A model generated the notes under the pieces. That model ran no database searches, was not told the DNA's origin, and worked only from the letters and a program-made list of their open reading frames with translations. The translations under genes were made by a program, and so were the position numbers. A stretch of 64,000 bases of DNA from an uncultured Methylomirabilota bacterium (GTDB lineage: Bacteria; Methylomirabilota; Methylomirabilia; Methylomirabilales; 2-02-FULL-66-22): NCBI GenBank assembly GCA_963705305.1, contig OY970067.1:3040001-3104000 (forward strand), read 5' to 3'. The first letter of the stretch is position 1. Each line of letters opens with the position of its first letter. Of the stretch, positions 20,612 to 30,707 are shown piece after piece.

Positions 20612-21341
20612 GGTCTATCCCCTCGAGGAGGCGAACGATCTCGGAAACGATGTGGCCGAGGGCTCGCTCCCCCAGCGCACGGGAGATCTTGGAGGTATCC
20701 CCCCGGACGCCTGTCGGGAATTCCTCCTCGGGATGCGCCGTGATTCGGAACCGGGAGAGGCGGGGGCGGGTGACCGCCGGCACGCGATCGGTCCGGACCG
20801 CGGCCTCGGCTACGACCAGCATCTGGGAGGTCTCGATGGAGCCGGCATGGCCGTCCCTGCCCGTCAGCCCGGCCTCTTGCCGGACGGGATCCAAGAAGTC
20901 GTACGGGCCGATGGCCAGGACGCTGAGCCCGGGAACGGCGTCGACCAACGGCAGGACAGCCTCACGCAGCGCCGCCATCTGCGCCGGCTCGGCGTGGCCC
21001 GTGATCAGGGCAAGCTTCCGCCCTCCGTGCCGAACATACTCGGCTACGATCTCCCGGGCAACGGCCTGCAGGGTGGCCGGCGCGAGCGAGACGGTTCCGG
21101 GGAAATTGCGAAGGGTCCGGCAGACGCCGTAGGGGAGGGCCGGCGCCACCAGCCCGTTGACCCGGGCGGCTACCTGTACGCAGAGGTACTCCGCCTGAAG
21201 CTGATCCGTCCCCAGGGGGAGGTGGGGGCCGTGGGCTTCCACGGTCCCGAACGGCAGGAGCAGCCAGCGTCCCGCCCGCATGGCGGCAGCGAACTCGTCC
21301 TTGGTCAGCTCGGCCAGATGAATCGGGCTTTCATTCGGCAT
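20589..21341 (-). CDS. Creatininase-family amidohydrolase
   Basis: PFGTVEAHGPHLPLGTD, FPGTVS, TGHA, HAGSIETS. Confidence 0.92.
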   Translation of the reverse strand: MPNESPIHLAELTKDEFAAAMRAGRWLLLPFGTVEAHGPHLPLGTDQLQAEYLCVQVAARVNGLVAPALPYGVCRTLRNFPGTVSLAPATLQAVAREIVAEYVRHGGRKLALITGHAEPAQMAALREAVLPLVDAVPGLSVLAIGPYDFLDPVRQEAGLTGRDGHAGSIETSQMLVVAEAAVRTDRVPAVTRPRLSRFRITAHPEEEFPTGVRGDTSKISRALGERALGHIVSEIVRLLEGIDREGKECH

Positions 21342-21400
21342 GCTTCCCTCGTCTCGCGGCGGCTCTCGTCCTGTTGCTGGCCCCGTTCCGAGAATATCTC

Positions 21401-21511
21401 ACCGCCAAGCCGCCAAGATCGCCCCTTCAATCTCGAAATTCGAACTTCGAACTTCGAAATTCGGACTTTCCCCGTGGCGTCATAGCGGTTCAACAGTTCT
21501 TTCGGATCAGG
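21401..21511. repeat. Intergenic ~110-bp repeat, copy 2
   Basis: Same ACCGCCAAG..GCCAAG start, heptamer core and GCGGTTCAACAGTT end as 18808-18910, with one more heptamer. Confidence 0.85.
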
Positions 21512-21512
21512 G

Positions 21513-22586
21513 TTAATCCTTCATTGCCCAGGCCCGCACTCGCGGGAAGCGAAGGCGGACACCGGTCCCCGGCGGAAACCGCTTGCGGGCGTCGGCCTGG
21601 GCGCGAACCTCCAGGCCGGGGCCCAGGGTCAAACGGTAGTCCATGGTGTCCCCAAGGTACGTGGCCTTCTCGACGGTGGCGTTGAAGATATTCTCTCCGT
21701 CGGGGGCCTCGGCGGCGAGCAGCTCGACCTCGTTGGGCCGCAGGAACAGCAGGACCCGCTGTCCCGGGCCGACCTGGGGCAGGATCGGCGAGGCGACCTG
21801 CAGGTCGGCGACCCGGACCAGCATGGCATCTCCCCTGAGCGCCTGGACGTGCCCTTCCAGGAAATTCGAGAGGCCGATGAACTCGGCCACGAACCGGGAC
21901 CCGGGCTGCTCGTAGATCTCCTCGGGGGTCCCCAGCTGCTCCAGCCGGCCGCGGTTCATGATGGCCACCCGGTCGGAGAGGGCCAGCGCCTCCCCCTGGT
22001 CATGGGTGACATACACGGCGGTAATCCCCAGCCGGGTGACCAGCTCCTTGATCTCGAAGCGCATCTCCTCGCGCAGCTTGGCATCCAGATTGGACAGCGG
22101 CTCGTCCAGCAGGAGGACCTTGGGACGGTATACGAGCGCGCGCGCCAGCCCCACACGCTGCTGCTGCCCGCCGGAGAGCTGGCGGGGGTAGTGGTCTTTG
22201 TAGCCTTCCAGGCGCACCAGGCGCAAGGCTTCCGCCACCTGCGTGGCGCGCTGGGCTTCCGGGACGTTCCGGATCATCAGGGGGAAACCCACGTTGTCGT
22301 GCACCGTCAGATGGGGAAAGAGGGCGAAGTTCTGGAAGACCATGCCCAGCTCGCGCTGATGGGTGGGCACGTCGGTTACGTCCCGGCCGTCGATGAAGAT
22401 GCGTCCTTCGTCGGGGCGCATGTAGCCCGTGAGGCAGCGCAGGGCCGTGGTCTTGCCGCACCCGGACGGGCCCAGCAGGGTCATCAGCTCACCGCGGCGG
22501 ACGCTCAGGTTCAGACGGTCGTTGGCGACCAGAGAGCCGTACCGCTTGGTGACGTCGCGGAGCTCGATCATGGCCTCGGGCATCAT
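21513..22586 (-). CDS. ABC transporter ATP-binding protein (PotA/FbpC type, TOBE C-terminus)
   Basis: GPSGCGKT, LSGGQQQRV, LLDEPLSNLD, YVTHDQ. Confidence 0.95.
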   Translation of the reverse strand: MMPEAMIELRDVTKRYGSLVANDRLNLSVRRGELMTLLGPSGCGKTTALRCLTGYMRPDEGRIFIDGRDVTDVPTHQRELGMVFQNFALFPHLTVHDNVGFPLMIRNVPEAQRATQVAEALRLVRLEGYKDHYPRQLSGGQQQRVGLARALVYRPKVLLLDEPLSNLDAKLREEMRFEIKELVTRLGITAVYVTHDQGEALALSDRVAIMNRGRLEQLGTPEEIYEQPGSRFVAEFIGLSNFLEGHVQALRGDAMLVRVADLQVASPILPQVGPGQRVLLFLRPNEVELLAAEAPDGENIFNATVEKATYLGDTMDYRLTLGPGLEVRAQADARKRFPPGTGVRLRFPRVRAWAMKD

Positions 22587-23422
22587 CACACTCCCTTGAA
22601 CCCCCCGACCAGCTTCTCCGGCTCAGCCCGCCGCTGGATCATGGCCAGGATCAGGATCGACGGGATGACCATGATCACCGCCATGGCGCTGGTGATCTCC
22701 CAGTAGCCGTCGCCGATGGCGAGGTACGTCCGCACCGGCAGCGTGACGGTGTGCGGCCCGTAGGTCATCAGCGTAAGGGTGAACTCGTTGTAGGAATGGG
22801 TGAAGGAGAAGATCATGGAGGCCAGGATCCCGGGCATGATCAGGGGCAGCACCACGTGGAAGAAGCGCTTGACGGTGTTGGCCCCGCAGACGCCGGCCGC
22901 TTCCAGCACCCGTTCGTCCAGCCCCTCGAAGGTGGCCGCAAGCACCAGGATGGAATAGGGGGCGCAGACCGAGACGTGCGCCAGGGCCACGCCCAGGTAG
23001 GTGTCCACCAGCTCCAGGGTATAGAAGATCTTGGCCACGCCCAGCGCGTAGGTGATGGGAGGGATCATTCGGGGCAGCAGGACAATGGCCATGAGCACCT
23101 CCTTGCCCGGCAGGTGGCGCCGGCCGAACGCCCAGCCGGCGAAAATGCCGATGGCGGTGCTGATGGCCACGGCGATGATCCCGATGATCAGGGTATTCTT
23201 CATCACCTCCGGGATGTTTCCCACCTCCACCGCCCAGCGGTACCAGTCCAGCGTGAGCTGGGGTGGGAACCACAGCCTGCCGAACCAGCCCTTCCCCACC
23301 GACCGCAGGACGATCATCAGGAAGGGGGCCACGATGAACAGGGTGAGGCTCATCAGCAGGGTGTAGCCGAGGATCAGCCGGCCGTCCCAGATGCCCCGCA
23401 GGTATGCCCTGGCCAGCCTCAC
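22586..23422 (-). CDS. ABC transporter permease (PotC-like)
   Basis: Hydrophobic protein with EAAGVCGA loop. True start taken as GTG 23422, overlapping the upstream TGA. Confidence 0.92.
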   Translation of the reverse strand: MRLARAYLRGIWDGRLILGYTLLMSLTLFIVAPFLMIVLRSVGKGWFGRLWFPPQLTLDWYRWAVEVGNIPEVMKNTLIIGIIAVAISTAIGIFAGWAFGRRHLPGKEVLMAIVLLPRMIPPITYALGVAKIFYTLELVDTYLGVALAHVSVCAPYSILVLAATFEGLDERVLEAAGVCGANTVKRFFHVVLPLIMPGILASMIFSFTHSYNEFTLTLMTYGPHTVTLPVRTYLAIGDGYWEITSAMAVIMVIPSILILAMIQRRAEPEKLVGGFKGV

Positions 23423-24279
23423 TTGGCCCCCCCCATACGGCGGAGGAACCGCATGTAGATCACCAGGAAAGCGACCTGCAGGACCCCCATGACGATGGCG
23501 ATGGCGCTGGCGCCCGACCAGTGGGCCGGGATGGGCACCGAGACCTCCTTGTAGATCTCGACCGAGAGCGGGCGGTAGTTCCCCCCCGCAATCAGGGGGA
23601 CGCTGAAGGCCCCGAAGGCCACCATGAAGGTGAGGACCGAGCCGGCCAGGATGCCGGGGGTGATGAGCGGCAGCACGATGTGCCGCAACACCTGCCAGCG
23701 CGTGGCCCCCGAGACGGCGCCGGCCTCCTCGATGCCGCGGTCCAGGGACTCCAGGGCCGACAATGTGGTCACACAGGTGTAGGGGAAGTACAGCCAGACG
23801 TAGTACATGGTGAGGCCCTGGATCGTGTAGTTGACCTCCAGGGGCCGGGTGATCCCGGGCACGAATTGCATTAAAAAGAGATTGAACCAGCCCCGCGTTC
23901 CGAAGAAGAGCAAGAGGCCCAGGGCGCCGATCAGACCGGGCACCACCAGGGGGACGAGGACGACCAGGCGGTAGTACCGGTGCCCCCGCACCTTCTCCCG
24001 CAAGACGAGGGCCAGCGGGACGCTGAGGATAATGGAGAACGCGGTGGCGCCCACTGCCAGGATGAAGGTCAGCAGGATGACCCAGCGGCCGTCGGGGTCC
24101 CTGAGGAAGTGAGCGTAATTCTGGAGGGTCCAGCCCAGCGTCTGCCCCTCTGGGCGGAAGCTCAAGATCAGGGTGAGGAGCATGGGGTAGAAGAACAGGC
24201 CGAAGAATCCGACCAAAGCCGGCAAGAGCAAGAAGAAGGTGACGGCCTTCGCGGAGTGTCGGCGCCAGAGTCCTGTCAT
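23419..24279 (-). CDS. ABC transporter permease (PotB-like)
   Basis: Six TM segments, EEAGAVSGA loop, LPLITPG. Confidence 0.93.
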   Translation of the reverse strand: MTGLWRRHSAKAVTFFLLLPALVGFFGLFFYPMLLTLILSFRPEGQTLGWTLQNYAHFLRDPDGRWVILLTFILAVGATAFSIILSVPLALVLREKVRGHRYYRLVVLVPLVVPGLIGALGLLLFFGTRGWFNLFLMQFVPGITRPLEVNYTIQGLTMYYVWLYFPYTCVTTLSALESLDRGIEEAGAVSGATRWQVLRHIVLPLITPGILAGSVLTFMVAFGAFSVPLIAGGNYRPLSVEIYKEVSVPIPAHWSGASAIAIVMGVLQVAFLVIYMRFLRRMGGAK

Positions 24280-24365
24280 CCCGTCGTCCCTGCCGCGCGA
24301 TGGGCGGGGACGGTTCGGGCCCGCCCCCCGCCCTGTGGCGGTTCATGGCCACGCCGGCTTGGCCG

Positions 24366-25511
24366 CTACGGAATCAGCTCCTTGGCGTGGTCCTTGATGT
24401 AGTCGATCATGTCCTTGCGGATGAGGCGGCGCGAGATAGCGGTCTTCTCCAGCTCGCTCAGCTTGGGCACGATCTCCCACACGATCGGGGGCGCCTGATC
24501 CGTGATGTCGGTCCCCGGGTACTGCCACATGGTGGTCAGCAGCCGGATCTGCTGGTCGTCGGAGAGGAGGTAGTTTACGACCTTCAGGGCCACCTCTTTA
24601 TACTCCGGCGGGATGTTGGCCGGGATGGCGAGGTACGCCGTCCCGATCTCGTCCGCGCCCTCCTCGGGATAGACGGCCTTGATGGTGGGCGGCATGGTGC
24701 CCTGGTGGGCCGACCACAAGGAGTAGTCCTGGGCGTAAAGCGAAATCCAGGTGTCGCCGGCGTTGAAGTCCTCGAACATGTTGGGCGGCTCTGCCGGCAG
24801 CGGAAGCTTGGCATAGCCGGTGAAGTCGATCAGCTTTTTCCACGCATCCTGGAAGGTGGGATCCTTGATCAGCTGGCCGATAGGCTCCGCCATCTTCTCT
24901 CCCAGGAAGGCGTGCAAGAAGACGAGGCGCTGCCGCCAGGCGGAGCTGGACTTAGCGTCGGCCCGGATCAGCCCGATGTGCCCCTTGAGCTCGGCCCGGC
25001 GATTGTAGAACTCGTGCCAGGACTTGGGCGGGGTCTTGATGTATTGGCTGTTGTAAATCAGGGCGTAGGACGTCCGCCAGTACAGCGCACCTTTGCCCTG
25101 GAGATCCACCCCCTCATCGGACTTCAGGTACTGCGCCGGAACCTTGGCCAGGTTGGGCACGTTGCCGGTCGTGAGCGTCTCCAGCGGAACCCCCGAGGTC
25201 ACCCAGGTGGCGGTGGACTTCGGGAACAGGACGTGGACGTCGCCCTGCCCCGGCTTCCAGGCCTTGGCTTTCTCGATCTGCTCGGTGTCCTTGGTGACCA
25301 GGTACTTGAGGTTCACCCCCAGCGCCTGTTTGACCGCCGGGATGACGTACTTCTGCCAGTAGGCCTGAAAATTCGCCCCGGACTGGCTGTCGGCGATCAC
25401 CAGCTCGGTGGGTATGGAGGCCGCCGCAGCGGGCGCGGGGACGGCCATCCCGCCTAGCACCACCACGGAGGCGAAGAGCAGTACCGTCAGTGTGCATAGC
25501 CGGGTCTTCAT
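24366..25511 (-). CDS. ABC transporter extracellular solute-binding protein
   Basis: Signal peptide ending [25 protein letters not shown]. Precedes the two permeases. Confidence 0.88.
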   Translation of the reverse strand: MKTRLCTLTVLLFASVVVLGGMAVPAPAAAASIPTELVIADSQSGANFQAYWQKYVIPAVKQALGVNLKYLVTKDTEQIEKAKAWKPGQGDVHVLFPKSTATWVTSGVPLETLTTGNVPNLAKVPAQYLKSDEGVDLQGKGALYWRTSYALIYNSQYIKTPPKSWHEFYNRRAELKGHIGLIRADAKSSSAWRQRLVFLHAFLGEKMAEPIGQLIKDPTFQDAWKKLIDFTGYAKLPLPAEPPNMFEDFNAGDTWISLYAQDYSLWSAHQGTMPPTIKAVYPEEGADEIGTAYLAIPANIPPEYKEVALKVVNYLLSDDQQIRLLTTMWQYPGTDITDQAPPIVWEIVPKLSELEKTAISRRLIRKDMIDYIKDHAKELIP

Positions 25512-25801
25512 CGTCTCTCTCCCTCCTGAATGAAATGGGAAAGTGCGATCCGCCGGTCACGCCCTCGAAATTCATACCGCGACGTTTCGGATTACCCCCT
25601 TCTCACTTCGACGGGACATCGGCTCATGAAGCCTCTCACTTCTCCCGCTCTCGGTCAAGAGCCCTCCTACGGGTCACCTCCAGCGGGTCGCCTCGCATCG
25701 CGGGTGGCTGGTCGGCCGGATAATTCGGGAGGCGTCCCCTCACATGGCCAATGGCCAATTGTCGCAATGGTGCCGCCCGAACGCGTCGGTGTGCCTGTCG
25801 G

Positions 25802-26953
25802 TCACACCGCGACGCGTCGGCCGGTGCGGGCGGCCCGGACCAGGGCATCGCACAGCACGGCATTGACGTACCCGTCATGGAAATCGGCGGCCAAGGGGGC
25901 CACCGTCCCCTGGCCGGCGAGGGCCTGGGCCAGATGGGCAAGCTGGTGAACAAAGGTGTGCTCCCACCCCAGGATGTGTCCCGGGGGCCACCATCTCCCC
26001 CCGTAGGGATGGTCACCGTCGGTGACCAGGACGGTCTTGAAGCCGCGGTCCTTTCGCCTCTTCGGCTCGGCCCGGAAGACCTCCAGCTCGTTCAGGCGCT
26101 CCAGGTTGAACCCCAGGCTGCCCCTGGTGCCGTTGATTTCCATTGTCAGGTAGTTCTTCCGGCCGAGGCAGAAGGTCGAGACCTCCAGTGTTCCCACCGC
26201 GCCGCTCCGGAACTCCAGGACCCCCTCGTACAGGTCCTCGACATCCACCGCCCTCGTTCGGCGGGACCCCGGCCGGATGGGCCGGCGAGGCACGACGATG
26301 CGCGAGAGGCCGGCCACGCTCTTCAATTCCCCCGCCAGAAAGCGCCCCAGGTCCAGGACGTGGGAGGCGATGTCGCCCACGGCCCCGCTTCCCGCTCGCC
26401 GCTTTTCCTGCCGCCAGGTATGGGGCACGGTCGGGTCGCTCAACGAGTCGTCGGTGTAGCGGGTCCGGAAGTGGATGATCTCGCCCAGGTCCCCGGCCTG
26501 GATCATCTCGCGCGCCAGCCGAATGGCGGGGACGAAGCGGTAGTTGTAGCTGACCTGGTGGTGGATCCGGGCGCGGCGCGCGCCGTCCCGCATCCGGCGC
26601 GCCTCGCCGGGGGTTCGGGCCAGCGGCTTCTCGCAGAGGAGGTGCTTGCCCTCGGCCGCCGCGGCCAGGCAAGGCTCTGCATGGGCGTCGTTGGGGGCGC
26701 AGTTGATGAACAAGCCGATGCGAGAATCGTCCGCGAGGCGCCGCCAGTCCGCGGTCCCGTACTCGAATCCGTAGCGGCGCGCCGCATCCTCCACGGCGGG
26801 TAGGGTCCGGCCGGAGATCCCGATCAGGCGGAAGCGCACCGGGCCGGGCCAGAAGATATAGGAGACTTTCTTGAGGGCGTTGAGATGGGCTCTCGCCACG
26901 CCCGCATAGCCGAGCACCCCCACGCCGATGGTCAAGGGGGATCGGATCGGCAT
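25802..26953 (-). CDS. Gfo/Idh/MocA-family oxidoreductase
   Basis: GVGVLGYAGVA, CEKPLA, YNYRF, GAVGDIASHVLD, WWPPGHILGWEHTF. Confidence 0.93.
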   Translation of the reverse strand: MPIRSPLTIGVGVLGYAGVARAHLNALKKVSYIFWPGPVRFRLIGISGRTLPAVEDAARRYGFEYGTADWRRLADDSRIGLFINCAPNDAHAEPCLAAAAEGKHLLCEKPLARTPGEARRMRDGARRARIHHQVSYNYRFVPAIRLAREMIQAGDLGEIIHFRTRYTDDSLSDPTVPHTWRQEKRRAGSGAVGDIASHVLDLGRFLAGELKSVAGLSRIVVPRRPIRPGSRRTRAVDVEDLYEGVLEFRSGAVGTLEVSTFCLGRKNYLTMEINGTRGSLGFNLERLNELEVFRAEPKRRKDRGFKTVLVTDGDHPYGGRWWPPGHILGWEHTFVHQLAHLAQALAGQGTVAPLAADFHDGYVNAVLCDALVRAARTGRRVAV

Positions 26954-27067
26954 CACCGCCTCCGCGACCGCCGCCCGGCGGATCGGCCCCCACGGGCCCG
27001 ACCGGACGGCAGAGCATACGGCCGTCGGCGGCCGGCACGCCCAAAGGGCTCTGGAGCCGGCACCGGA

Positions 27068-28147
27068 TCACACAAGCGGTCGCTTAAGAGCCTGGAAGAT
27101 CTTGTGCAAGAGCGCGACGTCCCCCTTGGCCTCCTCCGGCGTCGTCAGGGGCGTCTTCCTCTCGTGCACGCACTCGGCGAAGTGGATCAACTCCTCCTTG
27201 AAGGCTTCCTTCATGGAGGCCACCACCCGCTTCTCGAACGGCTTGCCGTCCTCCATGCCCTCCACGATGACCGGCGTGGGCACGTTCCGGAAGAAGGGGG
27301 AGGGGAAGACCAGCCGGATCCGATCCGCCTTGCCGTAGTAGGCGACCGTCTCCTCGTAGTTCGCCAGGTCGGGGAGGTACTGCAGGCTGATGACGGCGCG
27401 GACGCCGGAGGCGTAGCGCAGGCAGGTGAGCATCCCCTCGCCGCCGTGCCAGACGTCGGTGAAGAGGACCTCCTCCGGATCGCCCGACAGGCCCCGCAGC
27501 ACGTTGATGTCGTGCACCATGGTGGACAGGAGGTTGTTGGCGAAGACCCGCCGCTCCAGGGGGGTGAACTCGCCGATGGCCTCCCGGATCAGGGAGTCCT
27601 GGTCGGCCCGCAGGCGCGCCTGGACGTCGGCCGGCACGTCGGGGAACCGGCGGAGATCATGGTGGCCGGTCTGGTTCGCCTCCGACGGGTGCAGGATGGT
27701 GATGTGGATGGTTTGCAGGTTCTTCAAGGATCGAACCAGCGGCAGGGCATAGCGAAAGCCGGGATCGTGCCGCTTCATGTAGGCCACCATGCAGGTGGTC
27801 CCGGCCCGCTGGTGGGCCGCCAGGATCGCATCCGCCTCCCGCAGCGTGAAGCACATCGGCTTTTCGGTAAAGACGTGCTTCCCCGCCCGGAGGGCGTCCA
27901 GGATTACCTGCCCGTGGGAGTCGGCGCTCAAGACCAGGACCGCGTCCAGCGGCTGCTTGAGAAGGTCGCGGTAGTCGAGCTGCCGGCTGCCGACGCCGTA
28001 GTGGTCCGCCACGTGCTTGAGGGTGCCGGGCGAGACGTCGCACAGCGCCGCCAGCTCGTACAGCTCGTGCAGCTCTCTGAGATGGGGCAGGTGCATCATC
28101 TGCCCGATGAGCCCGCACCCGATGACCCCGACACGAATTCGGCTCAT
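27068..28147 (-). CDS. Gfo/Idh/MocA-family oxidoreductase (inositol-dehydrogenase-like)
   Basis: VGVIGCGLIG, TEKPM, YMKRHDP, VHDIN. Start MSRIR at 28147. Confidence 0.92.
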   Translation of the reverse strand: MSRIRVGVIGCGLIGQMMHLPHLRELHELYELAALCDVSPGTLKHVADHYGVGSRQLDYRDLLKQPLDAVLVLSADSHGQVILDALRAGKHVFTEKPMCFTLREADAILAAHQRAGTTCMVAYMKRHDPGFRYALPLVRSLKNLQTIHITILHPSEANQTGHHDLRRFPDVPADVQARLRADQDSLIREAIGEFTPLERRVFANNLLSTMVHDINVLRGLSGDPEEVLFTDVWHGGEGMLTCLRYASGVRAVISLQYLPDLANYEETVAYYGKADRIRLVFPSPFFRNVPTPVIVEGMEDGKPFEKRVVASMKEAFKEELIHFAECVHERKTPLTTPEEAKGDVALLHKIFQALKRPLV

Positions 28148-28216
28148 GCTCCTCTCCTTTTCACCTGGCATCCCCGGATCGGCTCGGGCGTCCGCGCCTG
28201 CCGCCCGGACGCGTCT

Positions 28217-29527
28217 TCAGGCCAGGGCCTGATCGAGGTTGGTGAAGACGCGCTGGACGGCCTCCACATACTTCTGCATCAGCGTGAGGGGCTGCGGGAA
28301 CAACGGGTACGAGTGAGACCCGATCACCAGCGAGTCCTCCAGCAGCTTGAGTGTTTCCGGGTATTCGGCCAGATCGTATTTGACCGTCTCGCCCAGCGGG
28401 CACTGCCAGGGGCAGCCGAGGCCGTAGCCGGTCTGCTCCTGGAACAGGGTCTGGCCGGGGACGGGCACCGTCTGCCACAGGCTTACCTCGACCCCCTCGG
28501 CCTTGAGGGCCGCCAGGATTTTCAGGCGGAACTGCGCGGCCGGCATCTGCACCCCGGCGGCCCGGGGGTCCAGCCGCAGCCGGTACTGGTAGAAGCTGGA
28601 GGTGCAGTCCGAGGGAATGAAGGGCGGAGCGATCCCCAGGACCTTGCCCAGGTGCTCGCTGAGGTAGACGGCGTTTCGGCGCGTCTGCTCCAGCGAGGCG
28701 TCCAGCCGGCGGAGCTGGCTCCGGCAGAGCGCCGCGCTCATTTCGTTCGTGCGGTACATCCACCCCATCATCAGGGAGTTGTACTCGCGCACGCCATCCA
28801 GCGGCCGGGAGGGGTCGTAGGCCCGCTTGTCGCTCTCCCGGACATCCTCGCCGAACATGCGGAACCGGTTGGCTCGCTCCTTGAAGTCCTCCCGGTTGGT
28901 CACGAACATGCCTCCCTCGCCGGCGGGCAGGTTCTTGCTGGCCTGAAACGAGAAGATGCCCATATCGCCGATGCCGCCGACCTTCTTTCCCTTGTAGGTG
29001 GCGCCGTGGGCCTGGGCTGCGTCCTCGATCACCAGGAGGTGGTGCTTCCGGGCGATGGCCAGGATCGGGTCCATGTCCGCGGGGCACCCATGGATATGGA
29101 CCGGGATGATGGCGCGGGTGCGCGCCGTGATGCGCTCCTCGATCTTCCGGGGGTCGATGTTGTAGGTGCGCGGGTCGATGTCCACGAACACGGGCACGGC
29201 GTTGTTCTGCAGCACCGCCAGGGCCGTGGCCAGGAAGGTGAAGGCGGTGGTGATGACCTGATCGCCCGTGCCGATGCCCCCCGCCGCCACGGCGGTATGG
29301 AGGGCCGCGGTTCCGCTGTTGGTGGCGAGGGCGTGGCGGACGCCGCAGTAGCGCGCCCACTCTTCCTCCAGGGCTTTCACCTGAGGGGCGTAGGGCCCCG
29401 AGACGACCCCAGCGTCCAGGGCGGCCTGGACTGCGGCCTTATCCTCGGCCGTGATCACGGGCCAGCGACAATGCTGCTCCCTCGGGACGACGGGAGTCCC
29501 CCCTCGAATGGCCAGAGTCTCGCTCAT
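28217..29527 (-). CDS. DegT/DnrJ/EryC1/StrS-family PLP aminotransferase
   Basis: LAIRGGTPV..WP N-terminus, NSGTAALH, IEDAAQAHG, FSFQASKNLPAGEGG with the PLP lysine. Confidence 0.94.
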   Translation of the reverse strand: MSETLAIRGGTPVVPREQHCRWPVITAEDKAAVQAALDAGVVSGPYAPQVKALEEEWARYCGVRHALATNSGTAALHTAVAAGGIGTGDQVITTAFTFLATALAVLQNNAVPVFVDIDPRTYNIDPRKIEERITARTRAIIPVHIHGCPADMDPILAIARKHHLLVIEDAAQAHGATYKGKKVGGIGDMGIFSFQASKNLPAGEGGMFVTNREDFKERANRFRMFGEDVRESDKRAYDPSRPLDGVREYNSLMMGWMYRTNEMSAALCRSQLRRLDASLEQTRRNAVYLSEHLGKVLGIAPPFIPSDCTSSFYQYRLRLDPRAAGVQMPAAQFRLKILAALKAEGVEVSLWQTVPVPGQTLFQEQTGYGLGCPWQCPLGETVKYDLAEYPETLKLLEDSLVIGSHSYPLFPQPLTLMQKYVEAVQRVFTNLDQALA

Positions 29528-30612
29528 GGGATGCTCCTTTTGTGTCGACGGGGTGGGGAGGCGGAGCCGGCGGCGGCGCCGCAGGACGAGCGGATCACCA
29601 GCGTGTGGGCCACGACGGTCGTGGAGTAGACATGGCGCTCGCCCTCGTCCATCTGGGCCATCGCCTTCCGCACCGCCAGTCGCCCCATCTCTTCCTTGGG
29701 AACCGCCACGGTCGTCAGGGGCGGAACGGTGTGGGCGGCGTACTCGATATCGTCGTAGCCGACAAGTGCCATCTCCTGGGGGATGCGCAGCCCGCACTCG
29801 GCCACGGCACGCAGCGCGCCGATGGCCATGTCGTCGTTGGTGAAGATCGCGGTGGGGCGGCGCGGGCGCTTGAGCAGAACCTCGGCGGCCTCGTAGCCTC
29901 CCCGAGGGTGCAGCGGGGCCTCCAGGATGAGGGCCTTCTGCAGCGGAATCCCGGCCTCGCTCAGCGCGCGCCGGTAGCCCGTGAGGAGCGCCTGCGAGAA
30001 CGGGTGTCGCGCCGGTCCGCGGACGAGCGCGATGTCCCTGTGGCCGAGGGTGATGAGGTGGCGGGTGGCCTCGTAGGCGCCCTGGCTGTCCTCGCAGACC
30101 ACGGCGTCCATGTCCCGGGTGGGCGGTCGCATATCTACCAGCACCAGGGAAAATCCGTTTGCGCGCAGCTGGTGCACGAGGCGCGGCCGCACCTTTCCCA
30201 CCAGGATGATCCAGCGTGTCATCATATCCCGGATCATCTTGGGGTGATCCAGCTCCTCGGCGGATTGACCCAGGCCGTAGCCGAAGAGGAGCGGGCAGTC
30301 GAAGCGCCGGGCCTCGTCGGCGATTCCCTGGATGATCCCGGCGAAGTAGCTGTGGGAGGTGACCACCTCCCGGCTGAAGATGGCCCCCAGGATGCGGTTG
30401 CCCGCATCCGCGGACCGGGCGCCGCCAGCCAGGAAGCGGGCCGCCGGATTGGGGAGATAGCCCAGGCGCCGGACGGCGCCGAGGACCCTGCGCCGGCTGG
30501 CTTCGCCCACGTCCGGGCGGCCGCGCACGACCCGGGAGACGGTCATGATTGACAGCCCGGTGTGTTTTGCGATATCTCTCAGCGTGACCGGCGGCGGCGA
30601 GCGTCTTGGCAT
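29524..30612 (-). CDS. LacI-family transcriptional regulator
   Basis: TLRDIAKHTGLSIMTVSRV HTH, YLPNPAAR hinge, NDDMAIG, VGYDD, PPLTTV. Confidence 0.95.
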   Translation of the reverse strand: MPRRSPPPVTLRDIAKHTGLSIMTVSRVVRGRPDVGEASRRRVLGAVRRLGYLPNPAARFLAGGARSADAGNRILGAIFSREVVTSHSYFAGIIQGIADEARRFDCPLLFGYGLGQSAEELDHPKMIRDMMTRWIILVGKVRPRLVHQLRANGFSLVLVDMRPPTRDMDAVVCEDSQGAYEATRHLITLGHRDIALVRGPARHPFSQALLTGYRRALSEAGIPLQKALILEAPLHPRGGYEAAEVLLKRPRRPTAIFTNDDMAIGALRAVAECGLRIPQEMALVGYDDIEYAAHTVPPLTTVAVPKEEMGRLAVRKAMAQMDEGERHVYSTTVVAHTLVIRSSCGAAAGSASPPRRHKRSIP

Positions 30613-30631
30613 GTCTCGGACCGCTAAAAAT

Positions 30632-30645
30632 TGTTAGCGCTAACA
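30632..30645. promoter_or_regulatory. LacI-type operator
   Basis: Perfect 14-bp palindrome TGTTAGCGCTAACA 20 bp upstream of the LacI start. A minus-strand TTGACA lies at 30677-30682. Confidence 0.8.
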
Positions 30646-30707
30646 GTAAGATTCTTGTAGGCTAGGCGCCCTTGCTTGTCAAGGAGTTTCCTGGAGGGTT
30701 GGAACGC

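Noticed and set aside
22586..24352. 588-aa fused permease ORF from the track
   Set aside because: Only the last 278 codons are permease-like. The upstream part overlaps the real 23419-24279 permease in another frame.
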